The notes under the pieces: model-generated | The model's database searches: none | The model's input: the letters and a program-made list of their open reading frames with translations, nothing else | Told to the model about the DNA's origin: nothing | Assembly: GCA_963707215.1 (NCBI GenBank) | Contig: CAVPPB010000002.1 | Location: forward strand, 224,001 to 288,000 | Reading direction: 5' to 3' | Length of the DNA: 64,000 nucleotides | From: an uncultured Chloroflexia bacterium | Lineage (GTDB): Bacteria; Chloroflexota; Limnocylindria; Limnocylindrales; CSP1-4 | Translations under genes and position numbers: made by a program | In this document: positions 9,574 to 18,919 of the stretch, piece by piece | How positions within the stretch are numbered: position 1 is the stretch's first letter | Layout: every line of letters begins with the position of its first letter

Positions 9574-11268
9574 ATGCCGGAGGCTGGTGCGAGGCTTCGC
9601 CGTCCGTCAGGACGACGGTCGGCGATCGGGGGCTGGCTGGTCCTGGTCGTGGCCGGGGCCCTCGCCGCGATACCGCTCCTGCCGGCGGGCGTCCCGTCCG
9701 ACCCCGCGATCGTTGACTTCTCGGCCAGCCGGGCGCAGCGGCATGTCGAGCAGCTCGCCATCGAGCCGCGACCGATGGGCAGTGCCGCGATCGAGCAGGC
9801 CCGCGAGGTGATCGTCGATGAGCTGCGGCAGATGGGCCTGGACCCGGAGCTCCAGGCGATTGAGGCCCCGGACTACTATGGGATCGAGGGCGGTCCGGTC
9901 GAGGTCGTGAACGTTATGGCCCGGATCCCGGGCAGCTCGTCCACTGGAGCGGTGGCACTCGTTGGCCACTACGACACGTTCCCAACGTCGCCCGGCGCGA
10001 ACGACGATGCGTCCGCGGTGGCAGTGGTCCTCGAGTCGGCCCGGGCGATCCTTGCCGGGCCCCAGCCACGCAACGACGTGGTCCTGCTGTTCACCGACGG
10101 CGAGGAACCGGCGCCGAGATTCGGCTCATCGGCCTTCGTGGCGGAGCACCCCTGGGCCGGTGACGTGGACTTCATCATCAACCTCGAGGCACTCGGTGGC
10201 GATGGGCCCGCGGCACTCACCGCCTTCGCGGGGCCGGCCAGCCTGGCCGTCGACGGCTATGCCAGGTCCGTCCCGCAGCCGATGGCGTTCTCCTACCTCA
10301 CCGCGACGACCGAGCTGATCGGCGGGTCGAACACCGACTTCGCCACGTTCCGAGACGCCGGCGTGGCCGGGGTCGAGCTGGTCTACCTGCACGGGTCCTC
10401 GATCTACCACACGATGGCCGACACGCCGGGCCGGGTGAGCATGAGCAGCCTCCAGCATCAGGGCGAGAGCACCCTGGCGGTCGCGCGCCACATGGCCGAC
10501 CTGGACCTGGGTCGCCTGCCTCGGGCCGAGTCGACGGTCTTTCTCACGATCGGTCGGTACGTCGTTCGCTATCCCGCGGCACTCACCCTCGGGGCCCTCC
10601 TGCTGGCGGGCATCGCGCTTGCCCTCGGGACGATGACGGCTGCCAGATCCGGGCCACGGATCAGCTGGCGTCGTGCCTCGCGGGGTCTGGCCGCGGTCGC
10701 CATCACGGTGGTCGTGACGACGATCGGTGCGGTGGTCGCCTGGTCCCTGGTGGCCGGAGCGAGGAAGGACATGGGGCTCGCCGAGAGCTACCTGTACCTG
10801 GCAGCCCTGGTGCTGGTCGCCTGGGCGGTGCACGCGGGGGTCGAGCGCCTCGTGGGAGCTCGATCGGATCCGTCGTCCACTGCGGTTGGTGTCGTGGCTG
10901 CCTGGTGCCTGGTGGGCGCGCCGATCGTGCTCACCATGCCCGAGATCGGCTATCTGTTCGCCTGGCCGGCGCTCGTCGGCGGAGCGGTGATCCTGCTGCC
11001 GCGATCAGGCGACCGGAGCGGGTGGCTCGACGTGGCAGGGTTTGCGCTCGTCGCCACGACCGTCCTCGTCCTTCTGGTCCCGGCCATCGACACCTTCTAC
11101 CAGTTGGCGCAGCCGCGGCCGGGCAACCTGGACTCGCAGGTCCTCTGGATCGTCGCCATCCCAGCGGCGCTCGTCGCGCTCGTCGTCGAGCTGCTGGCGG
11201 CGTTCTGGCCTCGGTCGTCGCCTGCTCGGCCTCACGCGGTCGCGGACCCGGTGGCTCCCCGAAGTTGA
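9574..11268 (+). CDS. Membrane M28 family metallopeptidase (ERMP1-like)
   Basis: GHYDT, GANDDAS, FTDGEE, INLEA, NTDF and YHT..D; multi-TM C-terminus. Confidence 0.92.
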   Translation: MPEAGARLRRPSGRRSAIGGWLVLVVAGALAAIPLLPAGVPSDPAIVDFSASRAQRHVEQLAIEPRPMGSAAIEQAREVIVDELRQMGLDPELQAIEAPDYYGIEGGPVEVVNVMARIPGSSSTGAVALVGHYDTFPTSPGANDDASAVAVVLESARAILAGPQPRNDVVLLFTDGEEPAPRFGSSAFVAEHPWAGDVDFIINLEALGGDGPAALTAFAGPASLAVDGYARSVPQPMAFSYLTATTELIGGSNTDFATFRDAGVAGVELVYLHGSSIYHTMADTPGRVSMSSLQHQGESTLAVARHMADLDLGRLPRAESTVFLTIGRYVVRYPAALTLGALLLAGIALALGTMTAARSGPRISWRRASRGLAAVAITVVVTTIGAVVAWSLVAGARKDMGLAESYLYLAALVLVAWAVHAGVERLVGARSDPSSTAVGVVAAWCLVGAPIVLTMPEIGYLFAWPALVGGAVILLPRSGDRSGWLDVAGFALVATTVLVLLVPAIDTFYQLAQPRPGNLDSQVLWIVAIPAALVALVVELLAAFWPRSSPARPHAVADPVAPRS

Positions 11269-11335
11269 CCCGGCGGGCAGCCGGGAGGGGGCCTCGGGCG
11301 CCCTGAGAGGCTCGCGCGGGTGCGAACGGGAGCGC

Positions 11336-12676
11336 TCAGGTGGAGGCGAGCGCGAAGACTCGCCAGGAGTCCGGGACCCCCTTGAGCTGCTGCTCACCAC
11401 GATCCTCGAACTCCAGCCCCGAACCGGCCACGAGATCCTTGACCGTCCTCGACACCAGCACCTCTCCTGGCTCCGCCAGGGCGGCGATGCGGGCACCGAT
11501 CGAGACGGCGATGCCGACCACCTTGCCGTCGCTGATCTCGCACTCGCCGGTGTGGAGTCCGGCTCGCACGTCGAGCCCGATCTCGCCGAGCGGGTCGCGG
11601 ATGGCCGCCGCGGCCTGGACGGCCCGGGCCGGTCCGTCGAACGCCGCGAAGAACCCATCGCCGGCGGTATCGAGCTCGCGGCCGTGGAACCTGGCGAGCG
11701 CACGCCGGACGATCGAATGGTGGCGCTCGAGCAGGTCGCGCCAGGCGGCGTCGCCGAGCCGCGCGGCCAGCTCGGTCGAGCCGACGATGTCGGTGAACAG
11801 GATCGTCGCGAGGACCCGTTCGGGGGCGGTTCGACCCTGAAGGCGCGAGAGGAACCGGGCGGTGGCGGCTATCGTCGCCTCGGCGGCCCGGTCGTCGACC
11901 CAGGTGTAGACACCCTGGAAGGCAGGCAGCTCCTGGAGCTCGGCTCCGCGGATCCGCTTGGCCGCGTAGTGGGCGGGCCCGGGCAGTGTCGACCGCGGGA
12001 AGATCAGCGTCGGCACGCGGACCGCGGCGAGGACGTCGGTGACGTCGAGGTCCATCTCCGCCCGGAACGCGGTCAGGGCAGCACCGGGACTCAGGCTGCG
12101 GCGCATGTGCCAGACGAACCAGTCGCGGAAGGCGTCGTCCTCGGCGACCTCCGGGGCCCACTCGCGAGCCAGTCGCTCGAGATAGGCGCGCTCACCCCAG
12201 CCGGCCCGGATCTCGGCCAGGCGCCGACGCCACTCGTCCGGCGTCGGAGCCCATGGGTAGTCGGGCGCACGGGTGCCCTTGATCCGTGGATCGATCAGGA
12301 CGAGGCCCAGGCAGCGATCGGGATACGTTGCCGCGAAGAGCAGGCTGAGACCGGTGCTGGTGCTGCCGCTCCACAGGACGGCCTGTTCGGATCCCACGGC
12401 ATCCATGACGGCCCGGACGTCGTCCATCGCCGTGTCGAGCGACTGTACCTCGCGGACCCGGTCGGACAGGCCGGTGCCGCGCTTGTCCAGCATCAGCACC
12501 CGACCGGACTCGGCAAGACCCTCGACGTGGCGAGCGAGGAGCGGCTGCTCCCAGGTCGAGAGGAGATCGCCGGCGATCCCGCGCACGAAGACGATGTCCG
12601 TCGGTCCCTGGCCCACGACCTGGTAGGCGATCGCCACATCGCCGCTCCGCGCGTAGGAGACGTCGGGCGGTTTCAC
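11336..12676 (-). CDS. Alpha/beta hydrolase-adenylate/guanylate cyclase fusion (LipJ-like)
   Basis: YARSGDVAIAYQVVG, DKRGTGLSD, LFTDIVGST, AGDGFFA and GLHTGE. The GTG start is inferred. Confidence 0.9.
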   Translation of the reverse strand: MKPPDVSYARSGDVAIAYQVVGQGPTDIVFVRGIAGDLLSTWEQPLLARHVEGLAESGRVLMLDKRGTGLSDRVREVQSLDTAMDDVRAVMDAVGSEQAVLWSGSTSTGLSLLFAATYPDRCLGLVLIDPRIKGTRAPDYPWAPTPDEWRRRLAEIRAGWGERAYLERLAREWAPEVAEDDAFRDWFVWHMRRSLSPGAALTAFRAEMDLDVTDVLAAVRVPTLIFPRSTLPGPAHYAAKRIRGAELQELPAFQGVYTWVDDRAAEATIAATARFLSRLQGRTAPERVLATILFTDIVGSTELAARLGDAAWRDLLERHHSIVRRALARFHGRELDTAGDGFFAAFDGPARAVQAAAAIRDPLGEIGLDVRAGLHTGECEISDGKVVGIAVSIGARIAALAEPGEVLVSRTVKDLVAGSGLEFEDRGEQQLKGVPDSWRVFALAST

Positions 12677-12823
12677 CGGCCGAGTGTGGCCTATCGAAGC
12701 GGCCGATGCCACTCGCACTTCCGAAGACCAGGTGTGGACGGCTCGGATGAGCGGGACGCCACGCCGACGGCCCTCGGCCCGTGTCCTGCGCGGACAGCTC
12801 GGGCGGCGCCGGGCCGACCCGAC

Positions 12824-14116
12824 TCAGATCGATTCGGACCGCGTCGGAAGCCGGCCCGCGCCTGAACCCTGCGGAGTCGCATCTGCTGGGGCCATGCACT
12901 CCACGTCCTCGATGCGCCTGACCCGGCGGACGGGCGAGAAGACCACCCAGAGCGGCGCACCGGCGATCCCGATCGCCCCGACCGCCAGCGCGGCTCGAAG
13001 GCCGAATGCCTCGCCGACGATGCCCCCGAGGAGCGCGCCGATGGGCATGACGCCGTAGCCGAGCGTGCGGTAGCTGGCGTTCATCCGCGCCAGAAGGCGG
13101 TCCGGGGTGACGGTCTGCCGGATGGTCATGACGTGGATGACCGTGATCGCGATGAACGCACCGGCCAGGGCGAGGATGAGGGCGATGACGCCTACCGCGA
13201 TGGGGGAGGAGCCATCGATGAGCGGGAGCGCGAGGTAGACGCTGCAGGCGACGATCATCGCGCCGGTGATCGTGGTCCCAAGACCGAATTGTTTCGCGAG
13301 CCGTCCGGCGACCATGGAACCGACCAGCGAACCGACGGCACCGACGACGAAGATCGACCCGACGACCGCGGGCGCGACGCCCAGCTCCCGGGTGAGGTAC
13401 AGGAGGAAGGCCGCGTTGAGGGCGGCGGCGAACAGGTTGAACGTGGCGGCCTCGAGCGCGAAGGCGCGGAGGATGGGATGGCCGAACGTGGTTCGCAGGC
13501 CCTCCCCGATCTCCGCCCGGAGGTCGGGGCGGGCCGGGGCCGCCCGCACGGGCTCCGGCTGCCGGATCGCGGCCAGGCTGCCCGCTGACGCCAGGTAGCT
13601 CACGGCGTCAGCGGCGAGGGCGACCGGCGCGCCGACGAGCGACACCAGGGCACCCGCCAGCCCCGGACCGGCCACTTCGGCGGCCGACGCGCTCGAGAAG
13701 AGCTGTGCGTTCGCGGTCGCGAGCCGGTCTCGGCCGACCAGCGACGGGACGTAGGCGAGGAAGGCCACCTCGAACAGCACCGCACCGCAACCGGCGGCGA
13801 ATGCCACGAAGGCCAGGAGTGGCAGCGACAGCACGTCCAGGGCGGTCGCAAGCGGGATCGAGCCGATCAGTCCCGCGCGGGCCAGGTTCGCGGCCAGCAT
13901 CACGGGCCGGCGCCGGACCCGGTCGATCCAGGCCCCAGCGAACAGGGTCAGGAACAGGAACGGGGCGTACTCCACGGCGGCGAGCAGCCCCATCTCGAAT
14001 GGTGAGGCGTGAAGGACGAGGATCGCCGCCAGCGGCAGGGCCAGCAGCGTGACCTGCGATCCGAACAGCGAGACTGTCTCGCCGAACCAGAGATTCCGGA
14101 ACGCCGCGCTGTTCAT
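12824..14116 (-). CDS. MFS transporter (macrolide/DHA3-like efflux)
   Basis: FRNLWFGETVS, GAWIDRVRRRP and about 12 TM segments. Confidence 0.9.
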   Translation of the reverse strand: MNSAAFRNLWFGETVSLFGSQVTLLALPLAAILVLHASPFEMGLLAAVEYAPFLFLTLFAGAWIDRVRRRPVMLAANLARAGLIGSIPLATALDVLSLPLLAFVAFAAGCGAVLFEVAFLAYVPSLVGRDRLATANAQLFSSASAAEVAGPGLAGALVSLVGAPVALAADAVSYLASAGSLAAIRQPEPVRAAPARPDLRAEIGEGLRTTFGHPILRAFALEAATFNLFAAALNAAFLLYLTRELGVAPAVVGSIFVVGAVGSLVGSMVAGRLAKQFGLGTTITGAMIVACSVYLALPLIDGSSPIAVGVIALILALAGAFIAITVIHVMTIRQTVTPDRLLARMNASYRTLGYGVMPIGALLGGIVGEAFGLRAALAVGAIGIAGAPLWVVFSPVRRVRRIEDVECMAPADATPQGSGAGRLPTRSESI

Positions 14117-14119
14117 GGC

Positions 14120-14201
14120 TCACCAGCGTAAGGACGTTGATGGTTAGCGTCTTGGCAGTCTAGGTCCAGAGTGCTAACCTGTCAAACAGAATGGCTGGTT
14201 A
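14120..14201. promoter_or_regulatory. Two candidate operators T(C/A)ACC-N17-GGTTA between the divergent MFS and CGNR genes
   Basis: tcacc(14120)-17-ggtta(14142) and taacc(14175)-17-ggtta(14197). Confidence 0.55.
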
Positions 14202-14817
14202 TTCACGGAGGCTTCTCAGTCCGGCCGATCCGCCGGTCACGGCGTCATCACGGACCGCGAGACGAGACCCAGCGCCGGGCGGGCTCGAGCTCGTGCGTGC
14301 GTTCATCAACTCGTCCGACATCGAGAAGGGCACCGATGAGCTCGCCACCACCGCGGGGGTCGAGGCGTGGCTCCGCTCCCGAGGCCTTCCCGACCACGAG
14401 AGCGGGGTGACCGAGGACGAGCGGCGGCGGCTGGAGTCCTTCCGCGAAGCGCTCCGGGATCTCATCACGTGCCGTGAGCGAGGGGAGCCAGCCCCCGAGG
14501 CGCTCGAGCTCCTCGACGAAGCCTCCCGGTTGAGCCCCTTGACGGTCGCCTTCGATGCCAACGGCAGCCCGATGTTGCGCCCGGCTCGGGCAGGCGTCAT
14601 CGGGCTCGTCGGGCTGATCATGAGTGAGATCTCGGCCGCGTCGGTCGCCGGCACGTGGCCCCGCCTCAAGGTCTGCCGGAGCGACGCCTGCCGATGGGCG
14701 TTCTACGACGCGTCACGGAACCGCTCCGGGATCTGGTGCTCGATGGCAGTCTGCGGGAACCGGTCGAAGAGTCGGGCCCTGCGGGTCCGCCGTCGGGACG
14801 GACGCACCGGGGGGTGA
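14191..14817 (+). CDS. ABATE/CGNR zinc-finger transcriptional regulator
   Basis: LKVCRSDACRWAFYDASRNRSGIWCSMAVCGNRSK. Confidence 0.93.
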   Translation: MAGYSRRLLSPADPPVTASSRTARRDPAPGGLELVRAFINSSDIEKGTDELATTAGVEAWLRSRGLPDHESGVTEDERRRLESFREALRDLITCRERGEPAPEALELLDEASRLSPLTVAFDANGSPMLRPARAGVIGLVGLIMSEISAASVAGTWPRLKVCRSDACRWAFYDASRNRSGIWCSMAVCGNRSKSRALRVRRRDGRTGG

Positions 14818-14901
14818 CTGGCGAGGCGGCTCCTGAGGGGGCCCGCCCGATCGAGTCCTAGGCGGGGCAGGTGCCGACGAGGGGCACCGTCGCCCGGCTC
14901 G

Positions 14902-15609
14902 CTACTCGAACGCTGTGTTCGTGGCGCTCAGGAGGGCGCTCTGCAGCGTGGCCGGCGAAGCGTGCGCGGCGAGCAGAGCCTCCAGGTCCGCGAGCGCCCG
15001 GGAGACATCGTGCTCGGCCGTTTCGTGATGGCCTTCGACCGTGACGATGATCTCGGTCGTGTCTGCTCGGGCCGAACTCCGGGCGCTCTGCCGCCAGCAC
15101 CAGCGTCGGGCGCTCACGACATCCGCTTGATCCGCGAAGATCACCTCGCCGGGCTCCGGCTGCTCGGTCTGGCTCGAGCCGAGGTCGGCCCAGCGTTCGT
15201 CGCCGCGGGCGAACCGGACGGTCGTGCCGCCTGCGACCCCGCGCTGATCGAACACCGCGACCGGAAGCGCGTAGCGGATGCTCACCAGGTTGGCGAGATC
15301 GACCAGCGTCCCGATGGACGGCAGTCCGCCCTGCTTGGTCAGGCGCCGCAGGAGTGCCTCGGCCGCCGAGCGGTACTGCGTCGGATCGACACCGAATCCC
15401 CGGAACACCTTGCGCCAGGCTGCCAGCGTGGGCATCTCGCTGAGAGGCGTATCGGCGATCCGCGCGCGGACCGCGAGCGTCTCCTCGTCGAAGGCTGCGG
15501 CGAGTCGAGCCGGCGTCGGGCCGTTGTGGACGCCGGTGGCGTGGATGGCGCCTCCCACGATCGCCGGGAAGCGCTCCACGACGTCCGGGTCATAGCGGAG
15601 GCGTGCCAC
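14902..15609 (-). CDS. Stand-alone B3/4 (PheT editing-like) domain protein
   Basis: AWRKVFRGFGVDPTQYRSAAEALLRR, LVDLANLVS, GEVIFAD and RRWCWRQS. Confidence 0.9.
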   Translation of the reverse strand: MARLRYDPDVVERFPAIVGGAIHATGVHNGPTPARLAAAFDEETLAVRARIADTPLSEMPTLAAWRKVFRGFGVDPTQYRSAAEALLRRLTKQGGLPSIGTLVDLANLVSIRYALPVAVFDQRGVAGGTTVRFARGDERWADLGSSQTEQPEPGEVIFADQADVVSARRWCWRQSARSSARADTTEIIVTVEGHHETAEHDVSRALADLEALLAAHASPATLQSALLSATNTAFE

Positions 15610-15768
15610 GAGACGAGTCTCCCACAGGGGCGCCTCCGGGATGGGGCCTCACCGTCCTGTCGTTGCCCCCTGGTCAGAGGGTTCCACGCGAGTCTTCCTG
15701 CGCTCGACGTCTTCCTTCGCGACGCCCACGAGCACGGCTCACGGGCAAGCCGTTCCCGGCCGATGCTC

Positions 15769-15807
15769 TGGCGCGCCCGGAGGGGCGCCGGGCCCGCAGA
15801 GGCAACA
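15769..15807. repeat. att-like scar: tRNA-Arg 3' core (16/16) plus conserved arm
   Basis: tggcgcgcccggaggg gcgcc gggcccgcagaggcaaca. Confidence 0.85.
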
Positions 15808-15992
15808 GGACCTGTGCCTCTGGTCGGGACGGGTCTTGGGGCGGAACCTGTTCGCATCGAGGCGGACGATCCGGGCTCACCGGCTCCGGGCCGGCCCTCG
15901 CGCACCGCCCGAGTTGCCCTCGGCGCGGCAGCGGGTCGCGGCCGACGCGGCTTGGCCAGCCTGGCAGTCCGTCCTCGATGGAGGAGGCTGCC

Positions 15993-16757
15993 GTGACGAC
16001 GACGGCGTTGGGGGCGAACACGGAGCGAGCAGATGGACCGGGGGTGTCGCCGGGGGGCGAGCCGGACGGCGCCGGGGGCGACGGCCCGGCTCGCGGGCTC
16101 GATGACCGCATCACAGTCGCACGACTCGATCCATCGAGCTATCGAGACGCCCTTGACGTTCTTGCCCTGAGCTGGACGGACGAGCCAGCGTTCAGCCACG
16201 TCCTGGGAGGCACTCCGCGTCGCCGGCTGCGGGTGCTCAGACCGTTCCTCTGGACCGGGTTCCGGAGCTATCCGGGCGCCATCGAGGTCCACGGGGCGAG
16301 ACTCGATGGCCGGCTGGTGGGCGTCGGCGTTCGGTACCCACCGGGGCGGTGGCCGGTCACCCGCCGTGAGGAGATACGCGGCTGGGTATGGGGGATCCTC
16401 GGGATGCTCCCCATGCTCGTCGCATTCCCGCAGGCACGTCGCCTCTTCGGCCCGCTGGGCGACCTCCAGGGTCGCCACCCGCGTGACACGCCCCACTGGT
16501 ACTTGTGGTTGATGGGGGTGCACCCGTCGTTCCGCCGCCGGGGTGTCGCGTCGGCGCTCGCGCGGTTCGTCACGGGCCAGGCCGACGCCGCTGGCGTCGG
16601 CTGCTACACGGAGACGCTCGGCGACGGGACGGAGGCCCTCTACCGAGGCTTCGGCTTCGAGGTCCGGGAGCGCTGGGAGATGATTCCCGGCGCGCCGATG
16701 GCCCGGACGATGTGGCGCGCGCCCCGGCGGCGCGAGCCCGTCTCGGACTCAGGCTGA
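15993..16757 (+). CDS. GNAT N-acetyltransferase
   Basis: GGAGG RBS; HWYLWLMGVHPSFRRRGVAS and YTET...LYRGFGF. Confidence 0.85.
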   Translation: MTTTALGANTERADGPGVSPGGEPDGAGGDGPARGLDDRITVARLDPSSYRDALDVLALSWTDEPAFSHVLGGTPRRRLRVLRPFLWTGFRSYPGAIEVHGARLDGRLVGVGVRYPPGRWPVTRREEIRGWVWGILGMLPMLVAFPQARRLFGPLGDLQGRHPRDTPHWYLWLMGVHPSFRRRGVASALARFVTGQADAAGVGCYTETLGDGTEALYRGFGFEVRERWEMIPGAPMARTMWRAPRRREPVSDSG

Positions 16758-16855
16758 CGGCGTCGCACGCCGATCTCGTCGAGGCCGGAGCGGGGAAACA
16801 GCGAAACCTCGAACCCGCCGCTCCTCTCGCGGACCTGGTACGGACACGGGGCCAT

Positions 16856-16893
16856 TGGCGCGCCCGGAGGGCTGTGGACGCGCAGGACCAACA
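16856..16893. repeat. att-like scar: tRNA-Arg 3' core (16/16) plus conserved arm
   Basis: tggcgcgcccggaggg ctgt ggacgcgcaggaccaaca. Confidence 0.88.
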
Positions 16894-17198
16894 AGCGCTG
16901 CTTGAGAACGCATGGCTCGGGCAGGCGTGACAATCCAGGCGCGCCACGTTCCCGTCGTAAAGCTCGCCGAGGAGCACCAAGCGCTCGGGGTCGGTCCCGT
17001 GGTCGGCAGCGTGTGCCACCGCGTACGACACGCGCGGCGAGGGCACCGTTCCGCTCGGCGACGAGCAGCCCTCGAGCACGAGCGCCGCGACGCACAGCGG
17101 CATGACCGGGTTCATCGGCGCCGACGCCGCCGTGGGGTCGGGTCATCCGGATGACGATCCCGGGACTTCCGGCCCTGCCGCATGCCACACGATATTCA

Positions 17199-17210
17199 GT
17201 AATACATTAC
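17199..17210. promoter_or_regulatory. Candidate MarR operator / leaderless promoter
   Basis: Near-palindrome gtaatacattac 2 bp before the ATG, in an AT-rich patch. Confidence 0.5.
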
Positions 17211-17212
17211 GC

Positions 17213-17710
17213 ATGCAGCACGAGACAACGGACCCATCGCCCGATCCGCGCCCCGTCGCCTTCGGCACCGTCTTCATCGTCGCGCACCACCTCGACCTGC
17301 TCGGCGATGTCGCCCTGGCCCCGCTCGGGCTCACGACCAAGCAGTGGCTCCTGCTCGCCGTCATCGAGCGGGCCTTCGCGGGGCACCACCCGACGCTGAG
17401 CGAGGCGGCGGCCGCGTATGGGAGCTCCCGCCAGAATGTCAAGGCGATGGCGCGGGCCCTCGAGGCCGCGGGCTACCTGCGGCTCGTGCCCGACGCGGTC
17501 GACGGCAGGGCCACCCGGCTCGAGCCGACCGCCCGCCTCGAGGTGTTCGCGACACCGGAGTGGAAGGCCCGCGAGGCGGCGTTCTTCGAGTTCGCCTTCG
17601 GTGGCCTCCCCGCGGAGGACGTGGCCAGCCTCGCCGACCTCCTGCAGCGCTGGCTCGCCGCGGTGGCCGCCATGCCGAACGTTGCCACGCGAGTGAAGGG
17701 AGCGAAATGA
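17213..17710 (+). CDS. MarR family regulator
   Basis: GLTTKQWLLL, SSRQNVK..ARALE..GY and D.RA. Confidence 0.88.
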   Translation: MQHETTDPSPDPRPVAFGTVFIVAHHLDLLGDVALAPLGLTTKQWLLLAVIERAFAGHHPTLSEAAAAYGSSRQNVKAMARALEAAGYLRLVPDAVDGRATRLEPTARLEVFATPEWKAREAAFFEFAFGGLPAEDVASLADLLQRWLAAVAAMPNVATRVKGAK

Positions 17711-18114
17711 TCGTCCGACTGCTGGCGGCCGCCCTGCTGGCGGCTCACGGCCTCATCCACCTGATTGGGTTCCTCGTGCCCTGGCAGATCGCCCAGGTGG
17801 AGGGCTTCGCGTACCGGACGACGGCACTCGGCGGGAGCGTGGAGCTCGGCACGATCGGAGCGCAGCTCGTCGGCCTCGCCTGGCTCGCGATCGCGGTCGG
17901 CTTCGTCGTCGCCGCGGTCGGTGTCTGGCGCCGGTCTGCGTGGGCGCTCGGGCTGACCGGCGCGCTCGCGATCGCGTCCCTCCTCGTCTGCGTCCTCGGA
18001 CTGCCCGAGACGGTGGCCGGGATCGTCGTGAACGTGGCGATCCTCGCGGCTGCGGCCTGGCTGGCGCTATTCCGGGGGCGCGTGACTGCCCCGGCGACCG
18101 GCGGAGGGCGGTGA
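17707..18114 (+). CDS. Small four-TM membrane protein
   Basis: HGLIHLIGF N-terminus; hydrophobic; ATGA-coupled to MarR. Confidence 0.75.
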   Translation: MIVRLLAAALLAAHGLIHLIGFLVPWQIAQVEGFAYRTTALGGSVELGTIGAQLVGLAWLAIAVGFVVAAVGVWRRSAWALGLTGALAIASLLVCVLGLPETVAGIVVNVAILAAAAWLALFRGRVTAPATGGGR

Positions 18115-18908
18115 TGGCACGACCCGTCTCGAAGGCCCGATTCGGGGAGCTCGTCGAGGCCGAGTTCGCGGCCCAGCCGCTCACGCCGTCATCGACGCTC
18201 GCCGAGGAGGACCTGGCGCCCCTGCCCGCTCCCGTCCAGCGCTACGTCCGCGCCTCCGGTGCCGTCGGCCGGCCGCGGCCGCGCAACGTCCGGATCGAGT
18301 TCGATGCCGTCATGCGGCGCAAGCCGGGCGATCAGGGGATGGCCGCGACGTCCGTCCAGTACAACTTCTTCGATCGGCCGGCGCGGCTCTTCTTCATGAC
18401 GGCCCGGATGCACGCGCTGCCGGTGCAGGCCCTCCACGTCTACCGGCTCGAGGAGGCCACCTTCACTGTTCGCGTCGCCTCCCTGGTGAACATGGTCGAC
18501 CAGCATGGCCCGGAGATCAGCCGGGCCGAGACGGTGACCGTCCTCAACGACCTCTGCGTGTTCGCGCCGGGCGCGCTCGTCGACCCCCGGCTCAGCTGGC
18601 AGCCGATCGACGACCGGAGCGCCGCCGTGACGTTCACGAACGGCCCGCACCGTGTCTCGGCAACGCTCCTCTTCGGCGAACACGGCGAGCTGGTCGACTT
18701 CTGGTCGGACGATCGGCCCGACAGCAGCAGTGGCCGCTTCGTGCCGATGCGCTGGAGCACGCCCGTCGGCGATCATCGCGAGGTCGGCGGCCTCCGCCTG
18801 CCGACGCGGGGCAGCACCATCTACGCCCGTCCGGATGGCCCGTTCACCTACGGCGAGTTCACGCTGCGCTCGCTCGCCTGCGATGTCCCCGGACCGCACG
18901 GCGGGTAG
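18114..18908 (+). CDS. DUF6544-like protein
   Basis: DLAPLPAPVQRY, AETVTVLND..PGAL and WSTP; TGATG coupling. Confidence 0.75.
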   Translation: MARPVSKARFGELVEAEFAAQPLTPSSTLAEEDLAPLPAPVQRYVRASGAVGRPRPRNVRIEFDAVMRRKPGDQGMAATSVQYNFFDRPARLFFMTARMHALPVQALHVYRLEEATFTVRVASLVNMVDQHGPEISRAETVTVLNDLCVFAPGALVDPRLSWQPIDDRSAAVTFTNGPHRVSATLLFGEHGELVDFWSDDRPDSSSGRFVPMRWSTPVGDHREVGGLRLPTRGSTIYARPDGPFTYGEFTLRSLACDVPGPHGG

Positions 18909-18919
18909 CCACGCCGCGC

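Noticed and set aside
657-11270. The M28 3'-end duplicate as a diversity-generating retroelement TR/VR pair
   Set aside because: Mismatches are not adenine-specific, indels are present, and there is no reverse transcriptase in the window.
9426-14845. Weak core-like strings at about 9426 (tgacgtcctgagagg), 14819 and an inverted one at about 12781-12811
   Set aside because: Too degenerate to distinguish from background without a PWM scan.
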